A stretch of 64,000 nucleotides of DNA from NCBI GenBank assembly GCA_964016885.1, contig OZ024743.1, forward strand, positions 195,424,001 to 195,488,000, written 5' to 3'. Of the stretch, positions 43,461 through 57,023 are shown piece by piece (within the stretch, counting starts at the first letter, position 1; every line of letters starts with the position of its first letter). The notes under the pieces were generated by a model. It searched no databases. It was given only the letters and a program-made list of their open reading frames with translations, and had not been told where the DNA came from. Source of the stretch: Eledone cirrhosa. Lineage: Eukaryota. Position numbers and translations under genes: made by a program.

Positions 43461-44810
43461 CTTATAGTCGATATTCCACCCATTTTAACATGTTTTCCAT
43501 TTAGCAGGTCCTATCATACATTTTCGTCTCCTTTATTTCTTCTAATTTTCCACCATTACCTCTCATGTGGCACAAAACTGTCTGGCGTTTTCTTGATAAC
43601 TTCCTAGATATTTTCTTTATTCTTAATCATTACACTCGCACTGGTTTTACAAGTATTACTATCGATTACAGTTGCTTCGCAAAAGAAAATATATTACTAA
43701 TGATCTGGATATTTATACAGTGTTTAACTGCTCAGATTTGTAATTATTTACTGATAATTTGAATATATATATATTTTTTATTTCTATTAGCATCATATCA
43801 ACATATTAAACATTGTAACCGTTTTGATCTACGTTTTCAAAGAACTAATATGCATTTGGAGTTGGATATAGTGTAACAGATGAAATTTCTCCTTATCACC
43901 TCTTTAATGAACTATTTTCCTTTGAAATATTTTCTTAAGTCAAAGACGTTTGAAGAATCATTTAACCACTAATCTGTGGGGAACAATTCAAAAGAAATAT
44001 TGCTTTGAATATATTGAAACTAATATTCGCAATACATTATAAATCTCAAAAGTAGAATATCTCTATATGATATAACACTATCGATCTTCAGCCTCAACAG
44101 TTTCTTTTGGTATATGCGGTAAAGTTTGAACATACACGATCGAATATAAAAATATTTTTTCAAACCACAGAATTATCGACTTTGTTTCTTTAGTTTCGAA
44201 TTGCCACTATGTTAAAGGGAATAGAATGTTTGTGTAACAGAATTCTGCTTTATATATTCGAATATAAATGTTCTGTATTTTGATATAAATGTTTAGAAAA
44301 ACATATTTTTATAATTTACAGGTTTTGAGCATATGAATTGCATTTGATAATATGTGAGTTGGATCTGAACTGATTTTTGTAAACTATGAATTTGTTGCAA
44401 GAATAGAATTAAGAAATCATGTGTTACTGATTTGGCTCATAGAACATATTTATCTCATCATCGGGCGTATATTATACATTCATATTTAATGCTAAGTCAT
44501 TACGTATATTCTTGGATTATTTTGGCTAGTGTGGTTCTTTTAATCCTCCTGTGGCAATGATTTATAGCAACTACTTGAAACCAAGTAAAAAGACTAAAAT
44601 CATAAAACTCAAATAAGAATTCACCGTTATTCCCATAAATAATATTATATTCTTCTTGTGTGACCATAAAAAGCAAGTTTATAACTGTTTCTCCTTCTAT
44701 ACATAAGAATATATAATCGCATATGTGTGTGTGTATGTGTGTGTGTGTGTACCTATATATCTAATCTATAAATATATATGTATATATATATATATATACA
44801 AACACACACT

Positions 44811-44853
<43 letters not shown>

Positions 44854-44855
44854 AT

Positions 44856-44986
<131 letters not shown>

Positions 44987-45933
44987 TATATAATATACAT
45001 ATATATATATAACCGCTGTTCAAAATAACTCCAAGTTATTTTGTTGAGAGTAATAAATGAGATAATGTGGTTGACGAAGAGATTAGGCCAAAATGTTTGT
45101 ACAATCATCATATATTATTAAAGATTATGTTTCCTTCCCAATGCTTTATATAAAAAAAATTGTTCTATTTTAAAATATGATCGCCAGCTATAATCTTTGG
45201 TTTAGCACACATTATGAGGCCTTGAAGAAATAATGGTTCTGTCCTTCTGTTCAAATGGAAACACAAAACGAACTTCAGTCTGATGATAGCATCAAAATGT
45301 CAGATATAGTGGATATTGCGCAAAAATAAACCAATGAACCAGGAGAATCAATCGTTGCATCTAATAATCTTATTATATTTATTCTCCTAATGGGAAACAA
45401 ACATGAAGTTATTGTCAGAGAGAATTATCAACAGATACCTAACGCAGTTGATTCTATCGGATACCTAAACATTATTCTGAATGAACAAGCTGATACTTCG
45501 ATGCATATCAATATTCAAAGCAGAGAATTATCAAATATACGAAACTTCAGCGTGCCACTCATGCTTTCACTTGCTTGTAAGTGCTTACAAAACCTCTAGC
45601 CATTTATTGAAGCCTGTCTTTATCTTCAAACGTCATTCTTTTAGACAAGAAATAAATGCCAGGAATGGGAATGTTACGGACGCTCCAAATTGCACTTATA
45701 TATCTGTCATTCTAACTACTATAATCATAAGAAGATAACTGTAATCTATTAGAAACGCATTACTGCTACCATGTCTATTGAATCCATCTCTTACAGCTAT
45801 TCAGTATGTTCTACTTGTCGAACTGGAATGTTTTATTTTAATTGAAGGATTTCTTCCTGAGAGAGAAAGATTTTCTTGCATGTTAACTGGTAAATATTTT
45901 GAATTTTGTCTATGCCACACACACACACACGCA

Positions 45934-45980
<47 letters not shown>

Positions 45981-46998
45981 AAGAGTGAAAGTGAGTAAAA
46001 TCGAAGTTGGTGCGATCGGCCAGCATCCCTCGAAAAAACAATATTCGGAAGCTTTGCACAAACTTATCCAGGATTTTCAATCCCTGGACACACACATATA
46101 TGCTATGCGCAGTGTAAGCTTTGCCTAGTGCAGGTTGGTACATCACCACGGTCGGTCGTTTTTACACTGATTGATAGGCACAATACACTGCGTGCATTAG
46201 AGAAAAAGTATATGAGATGTCACATGTTACTCTCGCGATGAGCAATAGGATCACAATCGTCAGCATACAGGAATTAACTTATTTCTAATGTAAATAGCTT
46301 TGTTGTAGCTCACATGTTGCCCCCTTCGATAAGATATAGATACGCTGCACTTACAATGGAACATATTGACTAGTACTTTCATTATAACTACGTAAAGAAA
46401 GGAAAAAAATGGATAGATTGACACTCGTTGCTGTGATTTCCTCGCTTTAATGTTTTCCAATTCTTTCTTTTCTTTCGCATATCTATATTCTTATTTCACC
46501 TTCATTCTCCCAAGTATCTACTCACCATCTCTCTCTCTCTCTTTTTCTCTCTTTCTGATTCTAGATCCAAACGACAGACTAATTTCCGAAACGTTAAGAC
46601 TCTATTCCTACAATATCAAGCGATATACAAATATAAACTATCGTTTCATTATATTTTTCCTTGTTGAACTTTCGTATAGGGTGTGTATATATATACATTT
46701 GTCCCCCGGGGTTACGTTCCTAGAGCACCTACAAAAAGGGAACAACCGCGAATATTGGACGTGGTCCATAAAATTACCTATAAACGTCAAAATATGACGT
46801 AAAATATAATTTAAAAAAGTCTTATGCGGCATATTGTTATTAATAATTTAGAGGGTAAAAATATATATATTGCCACAATAAAAGCCATTAAAAAATCGCA
46901 GAAGATATTTACGATTCCACAAATATCCGTTGGTTTCCACAAATTATTAGTTAGGTTCTAATGATAGTTCCGCGAATAATCGGGACCGCGAATGCTTG

Positions 46999-47032
<34 letters not shown>

Positions 47033-47117
47033 ATGATAGAGAAATAGTTAAATATATATATATATATATATATATTACTAACAACTAGTTATCGCTCTAC
47101 ATGTCTGAATACAATAG

Positions 47118-47309
47118 ATGTAATCTGAGTTTTTCGAATTTTAATGATAATGTTCGATTAGTTTGCACTTATGCAAACAGCCTCTTTTAAGCCATGTGCA
47201 AGAGCAAGAATGAGGGGTTCATTCTACTGACATGGCTTAAAAGAGGCTGTTTGCATGATTGCGAACGAATCGAATATTATTATTAATATTCGAAAAACTC
47301 AGATTACAT
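47118..47309. repeat. Inverted repeat, about 80-bp arms, 32-bp spacer
   Basis: atgtaatctgagtttttcgaat...tgcaaacagcctcttttaagccatgt is mirrored at 47230-47309. Confidence 0.85.
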
Positions 47310-47339
47310 TTATATGTATATATATTTGTATATATATAT

Positions 47340-47385
<46 letters not shown>

Positions 47386-49031
47386 TGTGTGTGTGTATGT
47401 GTGTGTGTTTGTATACTCTCATTGATGTTACTGTGTTTGCTTATGTTCTTATAAACACCTAATATAGAACAAAATTAAATCATAAAAACACATATTTCAT
47501 GTTAGGTAAACGTTTGTCGTTTAAATAAGACTTAAATTAATAATTCATTTTCCATTGTAATATGATACGCAAGCTAATGAAATTATTATTTAAATAGTAA
47601 TATTGGTTCAAAATCGTGATATAAAATACGTTCTGTTGAATCTTACATAGAACATATAAATCTTAATTATATCTCGTACTCTAAACGTTAGAGATAATTA
47701 TAAAGTAAAAATATAACTAGAAAAGGAAATGAATTTCCTCCATTCCCATGGGTATAAGGAGATTAATTAAAAGTAATTTCCCAAATTTGATACGCAGGGA
47801 GCTTATCTGATTTGCTATATTAAAAGCGATCGCCTAAATAAAACAAGAAGCTGCGATCGACAGGTAGTATCACCTTGCAACTATGAAAAAATGTTTATGA
47901 TGAAGTTATGTCTTCGTCAATGTTTTACCCTCATGGAGGAATGTATGAAGCACGACCAAGGTCATTTCAAAAGCTATATTGTGCTTTCCTAGTAAAAGCT
48001 AAGTTAAAATCTTTACATCTGTTGACCAACGAAAGAATATTTCCAATTTCAATTGATGATCAATATAAAACTGTCTTTTAATTTACTTATATATACTTCA
48101 TAGTATATAAATCTATTCGTTTCAGGTTTGAATAGTCTTCAGCTCTGCATTTTATAGAATTGAGAAACATATCCGAAAGTCTGGAATATCTAAAATCAGT
48201 GTTGACTCATCATTTTCACGGGAACAAGAAAGATATTTAAAGGGAGAATACAAAGACGGTGATGTTTGAAATCATGCGCTGCCGGAACAAGGAACACTTG
48301 ATTTATCGAATTATCGAAATAGCAGGCTTGAGTTCCTTTATAGTTATTGAATAAAAGAAAACTTTGAACTATCAAAATATTTGAGAATGGATTACAGGAA
48401 GAAAGAAAATTTCGATTTATTGAATAACAGAACACATACGAGGATTCTTTTGCGCATGATTATACGCATATTGTATGATATGAAATATACATCCAGCTTA
48501 AACAGTAGAAAACATAAAGATTATGGTATGAGGAAAAAATCTTTAATATTTCTTATTTTTGGAGGTGGAATATATTCATTCAATTAATCTTGTTTTGGTT
48601 TCTACAGAGTAGAAATATATTTCAATTTTTGCTGGTGATATTCGTAAATGTCTGGATGTTAAAAGATTCACACAATTATGTCTTCATACATACGTACATA
48701 CATACGTACATACATACATACGTACATACGTACATACATACTGACATACAGACACACATAAATAGATACATATATACACACACACATACATATCTACATA
48801 CACACGTACATAAATAAATACATATATACATGCTTACATACATACTGACATACAAACACACATACATACATATATATACACACATACATACGTACCTACA
48901 TTCACGCGTACGTAAATAAATACATACCGATATGCTTACATACATACAAATTCATACATCCACCCATACATTCATACATATGTATACATACGCACATACA
49001 TACTGACATACAAACACACCTATATTTATAT

Positions 49032-49105
<74 letters not shown>

Positions 49106-49183
49106 TATATTGAGTTATATACTCGAAATAGTCTTTTACAATTAAATAGCTCAAAGAAGGGAATATTTCCGTCCGAGCTGCGT

Positions 49184-49712
49184 AATACAAATGAATATAT
49201 GAGGGATGAACATCTATACAAGTATACATGTATTCGAATTGTAAATGACCAAGTTAGCTAGGTTGAAAAATATTATCTAAATAATATGGTTTGCCTGTCT
49301 CGGCTCCATACGTAGAGCTAATTTTAGTCCCATAAAACCGCCTGCTATTTTTAACGGCACGAGTAAATCAGACGAGTTAGGCGCTGTGACATGTGCGTTC
49401 AACAACACACATTTCTCAGTCTTCTTAAGTATTTTGAAGTGAAAGGTACGAATTTCCTGGATTCCGACAGAAGAGCACAGGGATAGTGACTTTCACTTAA
49501 TAATTGTCGCGAAACAAATTTAGAATTTGTCCGGTTATCACCGCCATTGCCAATATAGGTTTGTTATTTTTATTGATTTATTACTGTAAATCGAGACAGG
49601 CAAACGATATTATTTAAATTAGTATTTTTCAACCTAGCTAGCTTGGTCATTTACAATTCGAACACATGTATACTTGTATCAGTGTTCATCCCTCTCATAT
49701 ATTCATTTGTAT
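49184..49712. repeat. Inverted repeat, about 90-bp arms, about 345-bp spacer, in (TA)n context
   Basis: atacaaatgaatatatgagggatgaac...agctaggttgaaaaata is mirrored at 49620-49712. Confidence 0.85.
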
Positions 49713-49755
<43 letters not shown>

Positions 49756-50840
49756 TCACACATACGTTCCTACATTCACACGTACGTACATAAATAAATA
49801 CATACATACATGCTTATATACATACACATTCTTACATCACCCATACATACATACATACATACATACACACATACATACATACATACATACATACATACAT
49901 ACATACATACACACATACATACGCACATGCATTCATACACACATACATACGCATATGGTGACTGCCAACTCGTTTTCGAGTACAGCCACTACATTATATC
50001 CATGTAGGAGAACCCCTACCGATGCGCTGAACGAGTGTGACTTTTTAGTCCAGCGACTTGAAAACTCTGGTACAAACACTAAACTTGTGACAATTATTGA
50101 CACATAGTGCTGGGCCCATGGTACCATGTGATGACAAGTGCAGAGAGATGTCCAGATATAAAGGAATGCCTGTGCCGTGAAGCTTTTATAGTGAGCAAAG
50201 GCACTGCACAAAGCCAGTCCCACTCTCTTAACCAAGATGATATTTACCAAAAAGAACAAGTCAACATCATTGGATACCATCAGTGTTGCAGGTGTTATAT
50301 CAGAGTTTTCCTTCTCCTAGAATTCTGCCTTGACAAAGGCTAAGGGGTCAGCATAGATACATACATACTGACATACAAACACACATACATACATATATAC
50401 ACACACACGCGTATGTACCTTCATACGTACGTAAATAAATACATACATACATACATGATGGTCGCTCCATCTTTGCAGATAGTTTCCGTTTCTCTGATTA
50501 TACCCAACATCGTCACCACCCTCAGACGTCCGTCCGTGACCCCATTGGTGGCTTTAAATCAGTAAATGGATCCATTGAGTCAGTTTGTGGGATGTCATCA
50601 TAATGTACTCCCATATAGGTTTAACACCAGCAATTGATGTGCAGATTTAGTTACACACCCACAGGTTGTCTCACCTTGTATTGGTGGAATAATGCTGTAT
50701 ACAGTTGGTCTTTCGTGTGATTTTAGACTTGTGGTGTACCCAGATTTAGAGAGCATTAGACGATCACACACTTTACGTACGTCTCCAGCTTCCATGTCCT
50801 TATTGTCCTTATTGTGGTTCATATTCTGGCCTCTTCAACG

Positions 50841-50877
<37 letters not shown>

Positions 50878-50920
50878 CCATCCTGCCCGTCACCTTAATC
50901 TATTTTATTTCTCATTCTTC

Positions 50921-50956
50921 GTTCTGATGAAGGACTATCGTCCGAAAGGCTAAGAC
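50921..50956 (+). ncRNA. Degenerate minimal hammerhead in a pLTR remnant
   Basis: CTGATGA-a-ggac tatc gtcc-GAAA-ggc-TA-agac. Helices I and III are imperfect. A related 3' half, tccgaaacgttaagac, lies near 46585. Confidence 0.55.
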
Positions 50957-51057
50957 CCTCTTCCTGCTATTTCAAGCGTAAACCTAATATACTCCTTCCA
51001 TATACTGTACCGATTGCGTTGTTATTTCTGTCTACCTTTTATATATATATGTATATA

Positions 51058-51129
<72 letters not shown>

Positions 51130-51305
51130 GAGAGGGACGAGGAGAGACAGAGAGACATTTCAGTTTTAAAAAATTACTAAAAATTACTAGAGATTGTGGG
51201 ATTCAGTCCCAGTTGGACTGAATGCTCTGCCGACTTTGGATGTAAACTTTCTGATTTTCCACTACTATATCTATCTATCTATCTATCTATTTCCTCTCTC
51301 TCTCT

Positions 51306-51402
<97 letters not shown>

Positions 51403-51479
51403 CGCATTTATATATATATTTATATACGTATTTATATATATATTTATATACGCATTTATATATATTTATATATATATCA

Positions 51480-51889
51480 CCCACTCGACTGACTCACTCG
51501 ATATGCAAATTAGGCAGCTCAGCCGTTAATATGCATAAGGAAAGTATATACTTTCAAACGTTCAATCGACAGACAGGAAGTATAAGATGCTGATGACAGC
51601 TAATAAGCTAGAAACTATTTCATCGTTTCTTAGTCAGTGTTGAACAAAAGGGCAACGATGGTTGCCGAACACTGTACGGCTAGTAAATCGGGCTGTTTCT
51701 TTACAAACAAACTGAGCATTATAACAAATGTTCGGTAAACCAATACGTACATATATACAGTATATGTGTGCATGTATGTATGTATATACATACTAGTGTA
51801 CGTATGTATACATATATGTATGTACGTATACATACTTATAATTAAGTATCAGCCGTTCTAAGTGTGAGAAATGAAATTTCATTTTTTCC
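51480..51889 (+). mobile_element. Diverged single monomer of the 420-bp HHR repeat family
   Basis: Colinear with 56480-56860; flanked by (TA)n. Confidence 0.85.
51586..51624 (+). ncRNA. Minimal type I hammerhead (variant)
   Basis: gatg-CTGATGA-cagct aata agcta-GAAA-ctat-TT-catc. Confidence 0.7.
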
Positions 51890-51908
51890 ATATATATATA
51901 TATATATA

Positions 51909-52420
51909 CTTGCGGAGGGTCGTATTTGTGTAATATTGCCAGAATTAATAACAGAACACACTCACTGTTTGGTTGGTTTTCGCTTCTGTGTATTTTTATA
52001 TCGGTTAATTTAATTTATTCGGTCCTCAATGTTGCCATTGACTGACCAACGGTCAAATAATACAGATGCAATATAGACACAAACGCATATATATAGTCTA
52101 TCAAGGTTCTTTCGTTGCACATCTGCAACACCGTCAGTGGTGCTATTGTTTCCTCCCGTTGCATCGTATCGAAACAATAGCACCACTGACGATGTTGCAG
52201 ATGTGCAACGAAAGAACTTTGATAGACTATATATAATGAGTTTGTGTCTATATCGTATCTGTATTTTTGACCGTTGGTCAGTCAATGGCATCATTGAGGA
52301 CCGAATAAATTAAATTAACCGATATAAAATACACAGAAGCGAAAAGCGAAAAGCAACCAAACTGTGAGTGTGTTCTGTTATTAATTCTGGCAATATTACA
52401 CAAATATGACCCTCCCCAAG
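51909..52420. mobile_element. Palindromic element (about 240-bp arms, about 18-bp spacer) with an HHR-like motif in each arm
   Basis: 51909-52152 is mirrored at 52170-52420. CTGACGA-t-gttgca gatg tgcaac-GAAA at 52186-52213. Confidence 0.85.
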
Positions 52421-52549
52421 TATAACAATATTTGTTTCGACACACGATTTCATATAAAAAACCTAGCAAAGCTAATTCTTCGCCGTTTTATATATATGTG
52501 TATATATATATATATATGTATATATATACTCAATAACGAGGGGGCAGTA

Positions 52550-52622
<73 letters not shown>

Positions 52623-52840
52623 TAGATAGATAAATATCTTTAAGTCGTTTGGAAGCCTCGACAATGCAAATGGGTAAATCTCCGGGTAGCAAGATCCGGT
52701 GGTGGAGATAGAGATGTAAGTGGGTGTACGTTAAGATGCGTGGTGTGTATGAGATGTGTAGAAGAATGAAGGAAAGAGTATAAAGGATAAAATTAAAATA
52801 ACAACACGAGAGAGAGTTACCTTGGGAGAGATTTAATAGT

Positions 52841-52876
52841 CCCTATATATTTCGGATTCACATCCATCAACTGGGG
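52841..52876 (-). ncRNA. Degenerate minimal hammerhead of the PLE 3' pLTR
   Basis: ccc-CAGTTGA-t-ggat gtga atcc-GAAA-tata-TA-ggg; two core mismatches to CUGAUGA. Confidence 0.55.
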
Positions 52877-53213
52877 TTTTTCCGGGGTGGGGTAAACGTT
52901 GTCTGTCGGACAGGTGCGAAACGCGTCCTCCACTGTTTGTTGTTTTGAATATCTGAGGTATTTGGCAGAGCGCGCGTGCGCGTGAAATGGGGTCGGTCGG
53001 GCAGAGGTCAGCGGCCGAATGAGGCAGTGGGGTGGCGCTAGCTGTCAGTCCGTTCTCTGCCTGTTTGTTAAATGTTACTGTGTGTGTGTGCGTGTGTTGT
53101 TGTCTCGCTTGAGTGTGTGTGTGTGCGTGTGTTGTTGCCTTGTTCCTCTGTATTGGCAGTGTAGTATGTTCGTATGGTGGAATGCTATTGTGTGTGTGTT
53201 TAGTTGTCTCGTT

Positions 53214-53246
<33 letters not shown>

Positions 53247-53263
53247 CTGCATCGTTTGTTAGC

Positions 53264-55724
53264 TTAAACCAGCCATCTCATTTCGCTTCTCTCTGATCGG
53301 TTGTTTATTTGCGGTTGCAGGCGTTTGATAAAAAGCGCTTCCTTGATACGTAACGTGCCGGCGTTTCTTTCAGTCGCTAGAATTGTGACAATGGGCCTTC
53401 CGTCTTTGTTTCCGCATTTGTCTATGTGTTTCTGGAAAGACGAGGCCCTGGTTTTAGTGTGTTCTTTGATCGGGATGTGCAAAGGTCGGATTGTGCTACC
53501 TATGTAGTATTGGTTGCACCTGTCACATTCTATCTTATGCACGACGTATGTGCGTAGGCAACAGTTCGCATGGCGTATCGGGTAGTCTCTGGGGGAGCAT
53601 GCGTCAGTAGATTTCCCGGGTTTCCTGGAGAGGCATCTTCGCAGGGAGGGGCCCGAATGGGCCAGGTGGATGTCGAGGCCCTCCCTCCGTATAGCCTTGC
53701 GGATAGCGTTGGTGGTATTCTCGCCCAGGTGTGGCATTTTAAGGAAGCACTTGCCTTGGGTGCCTCTCTGTCTCTTGCGTCTGGTGTCTTCTATTCTGTC
53801 TGTGATCGAGGTAGGGTACCCGTTAGTCTCCAGCACCTCGAGGAATCGCTTGGTATGAGTGACACCACTCGCGGGATCGCTGCATCTGTTTTTGATTTGC
53901 GCGATCTCGTTCGTGATGAATCTTCTTTTGGGTTGTCGGACTTGTAGTGACCGAACAGGTCCCTGCAGGCTGCCTTTCGGTAGAAGTTGCAGTGGATCCT
54001 TCCCTGTTCCGTGATGTTGATTCGGAAGTCGAGGAGGGCAAGTGACCCGTCTTCGTTTGGGTGTTCAACACTGAAGTCAATGTTCTCGTCCGTGTTGTTG
54101 AACGTCTCATAGATTCTGTTCGCCGTGTCTTGGGAAGATGTGAGGATGAGGATATCATCCACGTACCTTGAGAAAAAGGCTTCGGCGTTGGGGTGGCAGG
54201 CGTTGAGTGCTTTGCGTTCGAGGTTGTCCATGTAAGAGATCGCTAGCACACCTTATAGGCTTGATCCCATGGGCAATCCTGAGGTTTGTTGGTATGTTTG
54301 GTCAAGGAATCCGAAGTAGGTGTAGTCGACGACGATGGATAGGAGTTGGGGGATGTCAGTGGTGGTGAGCCCGAAGCAGTGTAGGTCGGTGGATTGGACG
54401 CGTTCCATCAGTATATTGACGGCCGGGAGTGCCGGGACCGAGGTGTAGAGAGCGACTACATCAAGGCTGAAGGCATATCTGTTATTCCTTCTGGTGTCGG
54501 GATCCATTTGATGCAGGCGCTTCAACACTTCCTCGGAGCTGTTAACGTGTCCCGGCAAGGTGTCTAAGATGGGTTTGACTATTCTGGCTAGGAGCCATGA
54601 CATTTTGCAGAGTGGTCCCTCCACGCTCGATACGATGGGCCGAATCTTCAGGTCGGGTCCCTGTTTGTGTGTTTTCACGAGGTGGTAGAAGGCGGGTAGT
54701 CTGCTGTTCCTCGTGAGGAGGTTGTATCTCAGCTTCTTTGGGAGCTTCCGCCGGTCGCAGATGTTGATCCAGGCGGCGTTGATGTGCTCTTCTATCTGCG
54801 CGGGAGTGATTCCGTGACCTTGGAGTAGAGGTTGTCATCGTCAAGGTGTTGAAGGGCCAGGGTGTTGTAGGCCTCTCTGCTGATGACGCAGAATTCTTTT
54901 CCCTTGTCGGAGGGGAGATAGATGAGGTTCTTCGATTTTAGGTTGGAGAGAGTGGTGAGTTGAGATTTGGTGAGGTTATGTGTTGTGCGTGTGTGTGTGT
55001 GTTTGTGAAGTATATCTGAGATGGAGTGTTTTAGCCTGATGAGTTTAGTGTCGAGTTCGTGGTTGGTGGGTGGGGGTGGAGTGGGTTGTCGGGGTGGTAA
55101 GTGGGGAACTTGGGGTGGGTTGCGTGGGCGCGGTTATTTTCTGTGGCGCTGTTGATGGCGGTCACCCATTTAAGTTGGTAAGCGGCTCGACAAAAGTTGG
55201 CCTCGATGAGTTTGAGTCTGTCGTCGAGATGTTGTGAGACGATGAACTTGGGTCCGAGGTGTAGGAGTTTCAGATCGTCGCTCGTGAGAGTGCCAGTTAG
55301 GTCGGTGACCAGGTGCGTCGCATCGTTGAGGTATGGCTCGGTGTTGGTGGATGCGGCGGTGGCGGTTGTTAAGTTGTTGTTTCCCACGTGGTTCTGGTCC
55401 GTCTGTTCGTTAGTGTCGATGTTCTCGTTGTGGCGTTTCGACAAGATCCACTCATATTTTCGCTTGAGCCGTTTTTTCTGGTATTGGACTCTGGAGTCGT
55501 AGCACTGGTCGCTTGCTTTAGTGATTTTCGGGAGCAAGTCCCCGGGTGCTATTGGCAGTCGATGTGTCCGCTCTGAGAGTGTCCGCTTATGGACGTGTAA
55601 TTGGCGGTTGAGATGTCTCAGGATCTGTTTAATACACGTGCGATGTATGCGGTTAGTGATGTTTTGGAAAGCTGGTGTACGTAGGCTTACTGGTAAGCGG
55701 ATGTTCCTGATGGTGTTGGGGATG
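53264..55724 (-). pseudogene. PLE reverse transcriptase and GIY-YIG endonuclease, frameshifted
   Basis: LGPKF, IYLPSDKGKEFCV (DKG motif), KTHK..IRPIVS, SLDVVALYTSVP, GLPMGS, RYVDDIL, FYRK, VVHKIECDRCNQYYIGST.RPL..IKEH, IKEALFI..PQIN. Confidence 0.92.
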
Positions 55725-55760
<36 letters not shown>

Positions 55761-55975
55761 ATATATATAAGTATTTACACGTACATACATATATGTATAC
55801 AGACGTACAGTAGTATGTATATACATATATACAAACATGCACACATATATATATATACGTATGGATTCACCGAACATTTATTATAATACTGGGTGTGCTT
55901 GTAAACAAACATCCCGTATTAAGCCGTAGTGTCCAGCAGCCATCGTTGCTCCTTTGTTCAACACTGACAAAGGAA

Positions 55976-56016
55976 CGCTATACTAGTTTCAAGCTTATTA
56001 GCTATCGTCAGCAACG
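55976..56016 (-). ncRNA. Minimal type I hammerhead
   Basis: Reverse complement reads cgttg-CTGACGA-tagct aata agctt-GAAA-ctag-TA-tagcg. Confidence 0.85.
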
Positions 56017-56562
56017 TATACCTTCCTGCCAGATTGTTGAACGTATATACTTACCTTATGCATATTAACGGCTGAGTAGCTCAATTTGCATATCGAGTGG
56101 GTTAATCGGCCGGGTGCACCGAAAACGATAAACGGAAAAAATGAAACGAAATTTCATTTCCCAATCTTAGTACGGCTGTTACTGAAATATAAGTATGTAC
56201 AACTACATACATATATGTATACAGACGTACAGTAGTATGTATATACATATATACATACATGCACACATATATATATGTACGTATGGATTCACCGAACATT
56301 TATTATAATGCTCGGTGTGTTTGTAAACAAACATCCTATATTAAGCCGTAATGTCCAGCAACCATCGTGTACATACGTGTACATACTTATATTTAAGTAA
56401 CAGCCGTACTAAGAGTGGGAAATGAAATTTCGTTTCATTTTTTCCGTTTATCGTTTTCGGTGCACCCGGCCGATTAACCCACTCAATATGCAAATTGGGT
56501 TACTCTGCCGTTAATATGCATAAGGTAAGTATATACGTTCAACAATCTGGCAGGATATAATA

Positions 56563-56603
56563 CGTTGCTGACGATAGCTAATAAGCTTGAAACTAGTACA
56601 GCG
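56563..56603 (+). ncRNA. Minimal type I hammerhead
   Basis: cgttg-CTGACGA-tagct aata agctt-GAAA-ctag-TA-cagcg. Confidence 0.9.
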
Positions 56604-56982
56604 TTCCTTTGTCAGTGTTGAACTAACGAGCAACGATGGTTGTTGGACACTCCGGCTTAATACGGCATGTTTGTTTACAAACACACCGAGCACTATAATA
56701 AATGTTCGGTGAATCCATACGTACATATATATGTCTGCATGTATGTATATATGTATATACATACTACTGTACGTCTGTATACATATATGTATGTACGTGT
56801 ACATACTTATATTTCAGTAACAGCCGTACTAAGAGTGGGAAATGAAATTTCGTTTCATTTTTTCCGTTTATCGTTTTCTGTGCACCCGGCCGATTAACCC
56901 ACTCGATATGCAAATTGGGCTACTCAGCCGTTAATATGCATAAGGTAAGTATATACGTTCAACAATCTGGCAGGAAGGTATA

Positions 56983-57023
56983 CATTGCTGACGATAGCTA
57001 ATAAGATAGAAACTAGTACAGCG
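56983..57023 (+). ncRNA. Minimal type I hammerhead, exactly 420 bp after the previous one
   Basis: cattg-CTGACGA-tagct aata agata-GAAA-ctag-TA-cagcg; one mismatch in each of helices I and II. Confidence 0.75.

Larger units (their letters stand above)
52630..55724 (-). mobile_element. Near-full-length, disrupted Penelope-like element (Nematis-like) between (TA)n tracts
   Basis: Coding remnant at 53264-55724; degenerate HHR in the 3' region at 52841-52876. Confidence 0.9.

Noticed and set aside
52900-52930. Plus-strand GAAACGCGTC hammerhead half
   Set aside because: No matching CUGANGA or helix I, and it is antisense to the element
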